Shown in pieces: positions 1 through 12,077 of a DNA stretch of 64,000 nucleotides. Position 1 is the stretch's first letter, and each line of letters opens with the position of its first letter. The position numbers and the translations under genes were made by a program. The notes beneath the pieces are model-generated. The model saw nothing but the letters and a program-made list of their open reading frames with translations. It was not told the origin of the DNA and did no database searches. Origin of the DNA: Squalus acanthias (taxonomy: Eukaryota); the NCBI GenBank assembly GCA_030390025.1, contig CM059431.1, positions 128,094,001-128,158,000 of the forward strand, written 5' to 3'.

Positions 1-1172
1 CCTCCACTGCCTGGCCAGGCTGCCCTTCTTGGGCATCTGAAAGGAAAAAGGTAACATTGTGGTGAGGGGATGGGGGAAAGTAAGAGGTGCACGCTTACCC
101 CATCTGCAACTTGTAAGTCAGAAAGATTATGGGATGAGGAGGAAGTGGGATGTTAGAAGGCGGATTAGGTATGAGTATACCAACATCTTCAATGGTTTCA
201 ACCTCGCCTCTGGTCAAGGCCTCAGCAATGGCCATTCTGATATTGGCCAGCACCGTCTCCTCCATGGAATTCAAAGCACGCAGGTATGCCTCTCCCCCCT
301 CCAGTTAGTTCCTGTTGCCTTCCGTTGTGCGCCACCTTCTCCTGTAAGAGAGAGGGAAGTGTGTCAGTGAGTGTTGTGCAATATGTTTGGGTGATGGGCC
401 TGTTATGATTGAATAGCTGGCAGTGTGTGGAAGCTGTGAGATGTGGGTGTGAGGCTTACAACAGTGCAAGTGTGTGATGGTGAGGTGAAGCATATGCTTG
501 CTAGATATGAGTCCTGATTGATAGAGATTAGTGGTTGGTGATTGATTGGGGTGTGGTGATTTGAGCAGTGGCTGAGGCTAGTGGTGCAGTTGGTAGGTTA
601 TGGCATTTGAAGATACATTCTCTAACTGTGACCACTTGTGTGAGGTCACTAAACTTCTTGCAGCACAGCATCCAGGTCTTCAGGGCTAGACTCCTGGCAT
701 GGACCTCCACGGCTTTCTCACCATGCTTCTGGAGGGCCTCATGGCTCCCTGCGGATACAGGATGTCTCTTCATTCTAACTCCTCCACCAAGACCTCCAGT
801 GCATCGCTAGAAAAGCTGGGTGCCCTCTCTCTCCCATGTTCAGCCATTCTTCTGTCTTTGCCAGGTCAAATTAAGCTCCCACAGGACTCCAGCACCTTCA
901 CCAGTTATAATGCACCTTCCCTTTAAGAAGTGCAGACTAGCTTTAAGCAGTGCAGGCTAACTTTAAGTAGTGCTAGCAAGTATCGATTTTAGTCCCCCTG
1001 CTGATGTGTGAAGCCAATCAACAGCGTGTTTCACTCTGGCTGCATGCAGAAATCATGTAAATGAGTAGGTAGCACAAACATGGAGACCTGGCTCCATCAC
1101 ATCCAGCGGACGCAGGTTAATCACTCATCGCGATCCCCGTGCCCGTTTTTGGGGGCTAGCCAATTTAGCCCC
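1..1172 (-). mobile_element. Harbinger transposon, one end (continues beyond window start), with decayed Myb/SANT gene
   Basis: Ends in AATTTAGCCCC (TIR GGGGCTAAATT on minus). Minus-strand Myb exon 1 (~847-625, TWMLCCKKFSDLTQVV), exon 2 342-181 with AG/GT borders, exon 3 from 36. End region resembles 31590-31747. Confidence 0.75.
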
Positions 1173-1284
1173 ATCAACCTTTTGTACTGTGTGTGACTCA
1201 CACAAGCTGTGTCGTTCATCATTTTATGAATTGTTTCCATATTACAGCCACAAAATTGTAAGACGGTGGGTTTAAAATGGTCAA

Positions 1285-1412
1285 TGCCAGTAGCGCAAAA
1301 TGGTCTGATAGCGAATCAGTAGCTTGTTTTACACTGAGCCTCATTTTCTTTTCCATTAAAGTGTTGTGTAATTCGCCATCAGCCCGTTTTGCGCTACTGG
1401 CAATTTCACCCC
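1285..1412. mobile_element. Tiny Harbinger-type MITE / inverted repeat
   Basis: 1285-1316 is the reverse complement of 1371-1402 (3 mismatches); ends in AATTTCACCCC like other TIRs here. Confidence 0.55.
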
Positions 1413-2159
1413 TAGAAACATGCTGCAAGTACAGGTTGGAGAATTGGGCATCGCAGTCAGCAGACTATCGGTCAGAACATCGGGGGTGCAGTGTTTTAGG
1501 CATGCTGCCCTCCTCTTCCAACCAGTGACGGGAGCAGCGTTGCAAATTCAGGATTTAAAAGAGTGATTCTGCAACAGGCGCTCGTAGAAGGGAGCAGAGC
1601 ATATCGCAGGAAATTGTGACCATAATGCTCTGCCCATTAAAATTAAAATTGTCCCTTATAGCTTTTTAGATGAATTTTAGCTGGAATATTAAAATGAAGG
1701 TTTACTCTGTCCTGTGTCTTAGGAGCCTATTGTAAATACACAATATTTGATATGTGCCAGATGGGATGGATACAGGCATTAAATGGGGTGTAATGCTAGA
1801 CTAAGTTCATTCACCTTTGCTTCATGCTTGAACTAGCAAAACAAATGGCTGAGCTGCTTCTACTTCTGATCCACCCAGGTGATGGAAATAATTAATATTG
1901 ATCACTAGTCTGTGAAGAAAGTGTTGTTAGTGTTCACAATTGCACTTGCCTATTGAAAAAGGTAATTTGAGGCAAGTTAAGCCCCCTTGAGAGGTACATT
2001 TTCTGCACATTTGCCCTGTTATTATTTGAGTTTGCTCCATCTCACGACAGTGAGGTACAACTCCATGGAACTGGAGTGCTCACATTACATTAATCCAACA
2101 TTTAGTTGAAAGACTCTGTAAAAGGATCCAATGATTTTTTGCTAGTTTGGTCTCAGAAA

Positions 2160-3316
2160 ACAGTTTCGAGGAGAGTAAAATATTAAACGAGTAATTTGTA
2201 TCCATTTTCACAGTAGAGGAAGAGGATAAAATACTAGTGATCAAAGGGAAACTAAATATAAATCAATGGGAGATTGGATTCACTACAAGTAACAAAATGG
2301 CAATCTCCAGGGCCTGATGGTTTCCACCCCAGGGTATTAAAAGAAGTAGGTAAGAGAATTGCAGAAGCATTAGTTATAATGGCCCAGAAATTGATCTCGC
2401 TCTGTTCCCGCGGGGGTAAGGAGCAGGCGCGATCTCTCACTCCGCGTTGGCTTTTTCAGATCCAGCTCGCACGAACTTGATGTTCTAGACATCAGCTGGG
2501 CAGTGCTTGCGTATCCCACTGGTGTAGTGAATTCGTGCGAGCTGTGGGATCACGTGACTCAGTTAGAGCCAATGGCAGCACACCATCTTCCATTCATAAG
2601 TTTCACAGACGTGCTGTGAAAGCTATGAATCTTACACCCCCCCAAAATAACAGCTAAACCTCAATTAAATTAAAAAAAAACCCATCACATTAATAAAATA
2701 AGTATAGTTAAATAAATTAACCATTTTAAATAAAAAATTAAATTTTTGAAAAAATTTAAAATCTTTTAAAAAGTTATAAAAATAAACTTACCTGTCTTTA
2801 AAGTCTCTAAAAAAGAAATACCTGTTAAAAAAAATTCAAAATAATACTTAATTCACTACTTACCTTGTTAAAAGTGGGTCTTACTCCTCCTTTTATCGTT
2901 TCTAAAATCTTCCATCCTTACCTGCGCGTCCAAAGCACTGAGTGCACAGCGTGCGCGCAGCCTGTAGCGCGCACACGGTGCACCGAGGAACCGCCCCCTT
3001 TTCCAAAGACCAAGTGCCGGTTTTCAGCGCATGCGCAGTGCATGCAGAAAACCGGCAATTGGAGAGAGAATACGCGAGAGTACGCAGTGCGTACTCTCGC
3101 GCAGCGGGATCAATTTTTGGCCCAATCTTTCAAAGCACTCTAGATTCTGGAATTGTGCTTTCAATTGAAAATTTGCTAAAATCACTCCATTATTTAAGAG
3201 GGATGAGAGAGAGAAACCAGGTAACTACAGGCCTGTCAGTTTAACATCAATTGTGGGAAAGCTACAAGAATCTCTCATTAGTAACAGAGTGACTGAGCAC
3301 TTGAACAAATATGAAA
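2160..3316 (+). mobile_element. Decayed CR1 LINE ORF2 fragment interrupted by a MITE
   Basis: SPGPDGFHPRVLKEV motif; CR1 sequence resumes at 3124 after the MITE. Outer bounds approximate. Confidence 0.8.
2381..3123. mobile_element. Harbinger-type MITE
   Basis: TIRs GGCCCAGAAATTGATC / GATCAATTTTTGGCCC; perfect 3-bp TSD AAT (2378-2380, 3124-3126); AT-rich core; GC-rich hairpins. Confidence 0.85.
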
Positions 3317-3415
3317 GTAAGAAAGACTTGCATTTATATAGCGCTTTTCATGACCATCAGATGTCTCAAAGTGCTTTACAACCAATGAATTATTTTGGAG
3401 TGTAGTCACTGTTGG
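3317..3415 (-). mobile_element. 3' end of DeuSINE-like SINE (L2-type tail)
   Basis: CTTGCATTTATATAGCGC...GTAGTCACTGTTG, similar to the longer copy at ~12080. Confidence 0.6.
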
Positions 3416-3420
3416 AACAT

Positions 3421-3856
3421 GTGGTAGTGTAGTGGTACTGTCAATGGGCTAGTAATCCCGTAGAACTGGGCTAATGATCCAGAGATGTGAGTTCAAATCC
3501 CATCCCAATTTAAATTCAATTAATTCAATAAATCGGTAATAATTACTAGTATCAGTAATGGTAACCATGAAACTATCAGATTGTCGTAAAAACCCATTTG
3601 GTTCACTAATGTCCTTTACGGAAGGAAATCTGCCTTCCTTACCTGGTCTGGCCTATATGTGACTCCAGACCCACAGCAATGTGGTTGACTCTTAATTGCC
3701 CTCTGGCCTAGCAAGCCAATCAGTTGTAAGAAACTGCTACAAAGAAGTATCATGGACTGCAGTGGTTCAAGAAGGTGGTGGTGAGCAATTAGGGATGGGC
3801 AATAAATGCTGGCCTTGCCAAGCAACGCCCACTTCCCATAAACGAATAAAAAAAAC
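3421..3856 (+). mobile_element. tRNA-derived SINE with LINE-derived 3' tail
   Basis: A-box-like GTAGTGTAGTGG, B-box-like GAGTTCAAATCC, A-rich end; tail GCAATTAGGGATGGGCAATAAA...GAATAAAAA shared with the LINE end at 54730-54920. Confidence 0.65.
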
Positions 3857-3989
3857 CCTCCAATATCTGCCACCATGCAAAGGTTGGTAGGTGTGTGCAC
3901 GACATGTTGGGGATGTTTTGCCTGTATTTAAGTCTTTATATCCCCAATTTGACTCTCTCCCGCCTATTGTGGGGGGGTTAATATTGAGG

Positions 3990-4695
3990 CCCAAGTATAC
4001 AAATAATTAAAAGCTAGTTGACAGGTTTAAAAAAAAAGCAATCAAAAAGGCTAATGGAATGCTGGTCTTTACCTCTTGGGGTCTGGAATACAAATGGGTG
4101 GAAGTTACGCTTTTGTTGTATAAAGCCGAGGCCAGGCCCCATCTGGAGCACTGTGTTCAGTTCTGGGCACCAAACCTCAGGAAAAGATATAATGGCTTTG
4201 CGCAGGGGGGTTCAGCGCAGATTCACCAGCATGATACCGGGGGTTGGAGGATTAAATCATGAGGACAGGTTGCTTAAACTTGGCTTGTATTCCCTATAAT
4301 ATAAAAAATTGAGGGGTGATTTGATCGAGGTGTTTAAAATGTTAGAAGATTTGATAGTGTAAATATGGAGAAACTATTTCCTCTGGTGGGCTAATCAAGA
4401 ACAAGGGGACATAATCTTAATGTTAGAGCTAAGGCATTCTTGAGCAAAATCAGGAAGTACTTTGTCACACAAAGGATGATAGCAATTTGGTACTCTCTTC
4501 CTAAAAGGCTATGGATGCTAGGAAAATTGGTGCTTTCAAGACTGAGATAGATTTTGGTTAGGTAGGGCTATCAAGGGATATGGAGCAAAGGCGAGAAAAT
4601 GGAGTTGAGGTGCAGATTAGCCATGATCTAGCTGAATGGTAGACCAGGCTCAAGAGGCTAAATGGACTACTCCTATTCCGATGTTCCTATATTCT
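3990..4695 (+). mobile_element. CR1 LINE 3' end, decayed
   Basis: RPHLEHCVQFWAP / VQRRFT motifs, CR1 3' UTR and short repeat tail. Bounds approximate. Confidence 0.85.
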
Positions 4696-5513
4696 TAAAC
4701 TATCAGTATAATACTGTGGCCCTGAAACTCTATGGGAGTTTTCCCAATCTCCCACCATAAATTCAGTGAAAAATTGGAGGAACACCCAGAGAAACGATGC
4801 AAACAGTAATTGCCAGCCATTTGATCCAGCAGTTACACTTCAATCATGCCCGCCATAAAACTTTGCTGCTGGCCTCACCAAAGGTTGACGAGGTTAGAGA
4901 GAGGGTTCTCCAGAAATGGAATTTTGGTGGTGTGAAGACCCTGTAAACTTAGGAGGCAGCTGGCCAGCCCAAATCAAAGTGCTGGGTTCCCTCCTCCCCC
5001 TCTCCCCACCCAGAAAGCAGAGAATTATGGCTCCACCGGCCATCTTAGAAATTTTGATAAACAATTTCTGGACCAATTTGCCGAAGCTGCACTGGTCTTC
5101 GAGCCTTTTGGCTTCTGCTCTCCATCCAGAATGCCCCTCGGCTCGCAGATCCTCTTGGAAGGGAAAGAAATGGTATTTACCGACTACAGTTGTCCTCTCT
5201 GGCCTGAGGAAGGTCCCAGCACAGGTCCCATCACCAGCTTTTGGTTAACAAAATTGAGGCTCATGGAGGAGGCTCCTGCAAAAGGAAGGCTGGGGCCTAA
5301 TTAGCATACCACAGTCACAGCCTGATGACCTCGTCGGTGGGGCAACTTAAGTTTAATAGTAAGTGAGGGGGAGGCCCAACCTGTCAGATTTATGGCAGTT
5401 GATCCGAGGGGGGAGCTGCTGGCTCCCCAAGGTAAGTGGCTCTTGTAGCACTCCTTATGGGCCAGGTCCCTCAGGGAATCCTTCAGTCTCCCCCAGACCC
5501 GAAATCCAGCCCA

Positions 5514-5655
5514 AGCCCACCCGATCACCAGCCTCCCCCCCCCCAGCCCACCCGATCACCAGCCTCCCTCCCCCCCAGCCCACCCGATCACCAGCCTCCC
5601 CCCACCCCCCAGCCCATCCGATCACCAGCCTCCCCCAGCCTCCCGGTCACCACCC
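5514..5655. repeat. Tandem repeat, about 4 x 31-34 bp
   Basis: Unit AGCCCACCCGATCACCAGCCTCCC(C)n repeated four times. Confidence 0.85.
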
Positions 5656-7060
5656 GAAGCTGATGCTCCCTTCTCAGTGTCAGAGGCAGTCCCCACAGGT
5701 TCTGGCTCAGCCTCCTGCTGCTAGAATTCCTCCCCACCCACCGGGCAGGCTGTCCATTTGGCCGGCTGCAGGTGGGAGGCGACCGTACAATATGTTCATG
5801 TGTCAATCAGTGTTTTGACCTCCGGTCAATCTGTTACTGTTCCTCTCTGGGTTTGTTATAGTCTTCCAACTTGCAAAGGAATGCCTGCACCATGGGCATT
5901 TTTTTCTTACATTTGATTTTTGTTACCATATTTCTGAAGAGAAAACCAGTAGCTATTGTGCACAATACAACCCAGGCAGACCATTATGTTCATCTATACA
6001 TAATCTGGATAAAAAACAGATAAAAGTATAAGAGGCCGAAGGAAACAAATTTGGATTCACTCATTTCTGCAGAGACTCAGTCAACTTTTTAAAGTATATG
6101 GAAATTTGCTCTTTTTTTAAATCCCACTTTTTTCTGTGAAATATGAGTACTTTACGGCTACCGTTATTCTGCCACTGTCATACTGATGTACAGTGACATG
6201 CACTGTTCACCAAGGTGCAAATGGCAGTATAATTCTGGGGTCGGCTCCTGATCTGACTCGAGATCAGCCACCCTGGTGTTAGACTACCTCAGATAAGCTA
6301 CCTCACACAATTTGAGTTTAACAAACGTGAGTATCAGTGATGTGCAGTACCAAGCAAGGTGTAAAGAGTTCTGAGGAGGTTCCTTGGACTTTGTGAACTT
6401 GCTGTAAAGTCTTTATTAATTTTATCACAAAGATAAATGCAGATTCCACAGCTAAGACACCATCAAAAGAACACTAACAGTGAAAGTAACTTTTTAGTAG
6501 AGTGGCAGGAAAAGTGAGGATGAAGGAATTCTGCAAAGTGGAACATAGCAATGATGTTTAAGGAAACACTTTTTTCACAATTATCAGCATAAACATAAGA
6601 CAGATGTCAGACAAAACTTTCTCCACCAGCCAATTTCATATTGCGCTCCTGTGGTAATTCAGTGAAACTGTTATTTAATATCAAATTATGGGCAGTTTTA
6701 CACTGTCTCAATGTACTCCTAATAGGACCATGGATGAGACCATTGAACTAGTTTATTAGGTCCTTAAAACAGGCAAACAGGGAACTTTCTCTACACCTGC
6801 CAACTTTCAATCTCTGATGTACACAATCAAGCTCCAGCTATTCTTTCGACGGCTCCTTTCAATGTTTTTTTGGAATAAAGTGTTCTACTGTAGATCTGTC
6901 AGTTCCGAATTTCCCAACTAGGTAGCTCAAATGTTATGAGATAAGCATCACTGAGGACCGTTTTGCAGTGTCTTCTACAAATACACGTGGACAGAGCCCC
7001 TTGTAGTTTCCAGCACAGCAGCAGACTTAAAATTTGAAATAGTCTGAATTTGAACAATTC

Positions 7061-7195
7061 AACAACAACAACAACTTGTATTTATATAGCACCTTAACAT
7101 AGTTAACGTAGTGAAGTCCCAAGGTGCTTCACAGGAGCGTTTTAAAACAAAAGTTGACATGAAGCCACATAAGGAGAAATTAAGGCAGATGACAC
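7061..7195 (-). mobile_element. L2 LINE 3' tail
   Basis: (AAC)n tail plus TTGTATTTATATAGCACC, the reverse of a typical L2 end. Confidence 0.55.
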
Positions 7196-7581
7196 GGAAC
7201 TAATTAATTAAATAATATGTGCCTGAGTAAATGTAATGCAGCCAATTATTTTCATAATTTGTACCTGATTGAATGAGATCCACTTAATTCATTGCATCAT
7301 TTCATAGAATCATAGAATGATACAGCACAGAAGGAGGCCATTCAACCCAGTGTACCTGTGCTGGCTCTTTGGTAGAGCTATCCAATTAATTCCACTCCCC
7401 TGCTCTTCCTCATTTTTTTCCTGCAAGTATTTATCCAATTCCCTTTTGAAAGTTACTATTGAATCTGCTTCCACTACCCTTTCAGGCAGTGCACTCTAGA
7501 TCATAGCAACACGCTGCATAAAAAAAAAAAAATCCTCATGTCGCCTCTGGTTCTTTTGCCAATCACCTTAAATCTGTGTCC

Positions 7582-8326
7582 GATAGCAAAATACTGCAGA
7601 TGCTGGAAATCCAAAATAACAACAGAAAACGCTGGAAAAACTCAGCAGGCGAGGCAGCATCCGTGGAGAGAGAAACAGAGTTAACGTTTCAGGTCGAAGA
7701 CCTTTCATCAGAACTGGAGACAGCAGGAAATCAAATAGATTTAAAGCAAGGATAAAGCTGGGAAAAGGGGGAGGGGATGAAAGAACAAAAGGAGAGATTA
7801 AGAGACATTAAGAGACATTAAGAGATATTCAAGGCAAGAGGTGGTGTTAATGTGACAGGTTAAGGCTGAAAGAAGTGTGAAATGCAATGGCAGAATGAAG
7901 GACAGCTGCCAGCTTCTAGGAGGAAAAAAAAGGGGGGGGGGCAAATAAAAGGGTGGATGAGAAAATAAAATATAAATGTGATGGGGCTAAGGTTATGATC
8001 TAAAGTTGTTGAACTCGATATTGAGTCCAGAGGGCTGTAGCGTGCCTAAACGAAAGATGAGGTGCTGTTCCTCGAGCTTACGCTGCGCTTCCGTGGAACA
8101 GTGTAATAGGCCGAGGACGGTGAGGTCAGAGTGGGAGTGAAGCGGTGAATTAAAGTGACAGGCGACCGGGAGCTCGGGGTCCCCCTTACGGACTGAACGG
8201 AGGTGTTCCGCAAAGCGGTCACCCAATCTGCGTTTGGTCTCCCCAATGTAGAGGAGACCACATCGTGAGCAGCGAATACAGTATACTAAATTGCAGGAAG
8301 TACAAGTAAATCGCTGTTTCACCTGG
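7582..8326 (-). mobile_element. Penelope-like element 3' fragment (GIY-YIG endonuclease + pLTR)
   Basis: NLVYCIRCSRCGLLYIGETKRRLGDRFAEH...GLN; perfect 14-bp TSD TTAAATCTGTGTCC (7568-7581, 8327-8340). Confidence 0.92.
7679..7715 (-). ncRNA. Minimal type I hammerhead ribozyme in Penelope pLTR
   Basis: Minus strand AGTT-CTGATGA-A-AGGTC-TTC-GACCT-GAAA-CG-TT-AACT: core boxes, stem II, palindromic stem III, stem I. Confidence 0.8.
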
Positions 8327-9630
8327 TTAAATCTGTGTCCTCTGGTTACCAACATTTCTGCCACTGGAAACAATTTTTCCTTATTTACTCTATCGAAACT
8401 GTTCATGGTTTTGAACACCTCTATCAAATCTCCTCTTAACCTTCTCTGCTTTAAGGAGAACAACCCCAGTTTCTCCAGTCTCTCCACATACTGAAGTCCC
8501 TCAGCCCTGGCACCCTTTTAGTAAATCTCTCCTGCACCGTCTTTAAAGCCTTGAAATCCTTCCTAAAGTGTAGTGCCTAGAATTGAACACAATATACCAG
8601 CTGAGGCCTAACCAGTGTTTTATAAAGGGTTAGCATAACCTCCTTGCTTTTGTCTCTATGGAAAAAGCCAAGAATCCCATAAGCTTCTTCAACAGCTTTC
8701 TCAACTTGTCCTGGACCTGCAAAGATTTGTGTACATCATCCCCCAGGTCTCTCTGTTCCTGCACCCCATTTAAAATTGTACCATTTTGTTTATGTTGCCT
8801 CTCCTCATTCTTCCTACCGGAATATATCACTTCACACTTCTCTGTGTTAAATTTCATCTGCCATATGTATGCCCATTTCACCGGTCTGTCTATGTCCTAA
8901 TGTTTAATACATTTCTGGTGAGATATATAGAATCCAGTGAATTTATTCAATTATGTGTGGCTAACTCAGTACAATCAAACAAATTCATTTTGTCATTTGT
9001 GGCTGACTGAATGGAATGAATTAATTTAATTATGTTAAACTCAAACTCAAAGGAATTGAGCACATTAATTTACTTATGTACGGCTCAGCGAATTCAATCC
9101 AGTAAATTCATTCTATCATGTGTTGGTGAGTCAATGTAATCCTCTGAATTATAATGTGTCCTTGAGCGAATGGAATTAAGCTAACCAGATCAGGGGCAAA
9201 CTGCTTCAAAAAGCCTGGCACTACTGATTTCTGAGTTGCTGTTTATGCTCTATGGGGTGAATTTCCAGGGAGGTTCTCCTGCTCATCTGCTGTAACTTTG
9301 ATGGCAGAGCCACAGAAAGCTTGGCACACTCCAGTTTGTAGGGAATGAGGGTTCAACTAAGGAGTGATCTGAGACAATGGACCTAAGAAAAATATCTTGA
9401 ATAAAACCCCCAAAATATAATAGCTGCCCTTAGCTGTATGCAGTGGAACCTGTCTTTTTAGATGTTTTGCGAAATGTGATTTCATCATTGCATCTGCTGA
9501 CCTGAGTAAACCTGTTTCTTTGTCTCAATGAATTACTCAACCATACCCAGTATTCCGTCTGAATGGTGAAGGAAAGGGTTTAGGCTCTACCTTGAGAGTG
9601 TTCGGGTCAAACTGCATGAAATTCTTGTTA

Positions 9631-11255
9631 CATAGAGTCATAACATAGCGTCATAACAGCACAGAAGGAGGCATTCAGCCCATCGAGTCCGTGCCAGCTC
9701 TCTGTAGAGCAATCCAGTCTGTCCCATTCCCCCGCTCTATCCCCGTAGCCCTGCAGGTTTATTTCCATCAAGTGCCTATCCAGTCTCCCCTTGAAAACAT
9801 TGAATGTCTCCGCTTCCACCACTTCCGTCGACAGCGAGTTTCAGGTCCTCATACTCGCTGCGTAAAAAGGTTTATCCTCACAACCTCCCTGTATCTCTTG
9901 CCCAAAATCTTAAATCTGTGTCCCCTAGTTCTTGTACCATTAACTAGTGGGAACAGCCTTTCCCCCTCTAGCCTATCCAAACCCGTCATAATCTTGTACA
10001 CCTCTATCCAATCACCCCGCAACCTCCTTTGTTCTAATGAAAACAAATCCAGCTTCTCCAACCTGTCCTTGTAGCTAAGATCCCCCATTCCCGGAACCAT
10101 TCTGGTAAATCTCCTCTGCATCTTCTCAAGGGCCTTCACATCCTTCCTAAAGTGTGGTGACCAGAACTGGACGCAATACTCCAGTTGTGGCCTAACCAGC
10201 GCTTTATAAAGGTTCAGCATAACTTCTCTACTTTTGTACTCAATACCTCTATTTATGAAGCTCAAGATCCCATATGCTTTGCTAACCACTCTCTCAATAT
10301 GTCCCGCCACCTTCAGGGACCTATGCACATTAACTCCCAGGTCCCTCGGTCCCTGCACAATCTTTAAAACTGTGCCATTCAGTGTATATTGCCTCTCCCT
10401 GTTCCTTCTGCCAAAATGCATCACCTCACACTTCTCTGTATTAAATTCCATCTGCCACTTGTCTGCCCATTCTGCTAGCCTTTCTATGTCCTGTTGCAGT
10501 CGATTGCTATCATCATCACTGTTTGCCACACCCCCAAGTTTGGTGTCATCGGCAAATTTAGAAATTCTACTCTGTATTCCAATATCCAGGTCATTTCTCT
10601 ATATATCAAAAAAAGCAGTGGCCCCAGCACTGATCCTTGGGGAACACCACTGGCTACCATCCTCCAGTCTGAAAAACAGCCATTTACCACAACTCGCTGT
10701 TTTCTGTCCTTCAGCCAATTCTTTATCCAAGCTGCTACTGACCCACCTATTCCACGAGCCTCAATTTTGTTAACCAGCCTTCTATGTGGTACTTTGCCAA
10801 ACGCCTTCCGAAAATCCATGTAGACAACATCCATTGCATTCCCTTCATCAATCCTCCCTGTTACTTCATCAAAAAATTCAATTAGATTAGTCAAATACGA
10901 TCTGCCTTTTACAAATCCGTGTTGGCTCTCCTTAATTAGCTTAAACCTCTCCAAGTGCCCATTAATTTTTTCCTTGATTATTGTTTCTAAAACTTTATCC
11001 AACACTGATGTTAAACTGACTGGCCTTACACCCTTTCTTGAACAATGGTGTCACATTTATCACTTTCCAATCCTCAGGCACCTCCCCCACATCTAAGGAA
11101 GATTGAAGAATTATGGCAAGCCCTTCCGTTATCTCCTCCCCCAATTCCCTTAGGAACCTGGGATGCAAGCCATCTGGACCAGGCGACTTATCCACTCTAA
11201 GCATACCCAGCCTTTCTAGTACATCCAGTCTATCAATTTTCACCCCTTCCATTGC
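9631..11255 (-). mobile_element. 5'-truncated CR1 LINE (RT region, frameshifted)
   Basis: ORFs 10995-11252, 10484-11005, 9849-10529 with SQHGF, GVPQGSVLGP, RPQLEYCVQFWSP; CATAGAGT tail. Confidence 0.93.
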
Positions 11256-12077
11256 TTTCTAATTCACTAATTTTCATTAATTTCTAATTCACAACAAAGT
11301 AATCCTTTAAAGGAGAATTATAATCTAGAAGAAAAAGTCAATCACGCTTTTGAATATATTTCCAATTTTATTCCCATTAATTATCGTCATTTTTTCTAAT
11401 TGATTATTATTTCTATTAGCACTCTACTTTTATCACAAAGCCATTCTTAAAGCCACATGACAGCATTCGGTAGCACAAAGAGAGCATAGGGATCAAGGAG
11501 GGAAAAAAGTTGCCTTTGTTTGCTGGAACTTAATGATTCTTTTGCTTAGATTTTGGATTGTGGAAAACAAAAGGTTTTACCACTGACCAGTCGGCTGGGA
11601 GTTTTTTACTTGATTATGCTTTACAGGACCATCTGTTTTGAAGTACTTGGATATTATCATATGCCACTACTTGGTAGACATGCCTATGGTGAATTAAGAT
11701 CCAATTTCATCTAAAGGTTCGCCCAGGAAACAGAGCTTATTGATGATGTGTTTATAGATCCTAATCGATGTGATGAAAATAGATGTTATTTCTTTATTAA
11801 ATACTTTGTTTTATCGGACCACACTATCTCTACTAATTGAAACATTTCAGAGATTTAACAAATATCATTCCCAATGCATTTGGACAATGGGATAAACTTT
11901 AAATTACATCAACTGAAGGATACAAAACAAAAGGATACAGGTGATGGAGGAATTGGCTCTGTATTTCTTACTATTATTATCTGTATTACCAACTTTGCCA
12001 TATCACCTGGGTACAAGGTGAAACAATAAGATTAATTTAGGTTTGAATTATGAATCTTACAGCTTAGCATTGTTAGG

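Larger units (their letters stand above)
7303..8900 (-). mobile_element. 5'-truncated CR1 LINE interrupted by a Penelope insertion
   Basis: WQMKFNTEKCEVI and LEKLGLFSL..RRLRGDLIE motifs; CATAGAAT repeat tail at 7303. Confidence 0.9.

Noticed and set aside
4718..5100. Further MITE remnants (also ~9254, ~13017-13600, ~31819, ~55235-55515)
   Set aside because: TIR-like ends seen but too decayed to pair or define a TSD.
5363..5818. Proline-rich 151-aa ORF (also 39390-39704)
   Set aside because: Product of C-rich tandem or low-complexity sequence.
11941..12018. Possible hydrophobic host exon (GDGGIGSVFLTIIICITNFAISPGYK)
   Set aside because: Purine-rich acceptor, weak donor, no recognisable protein.
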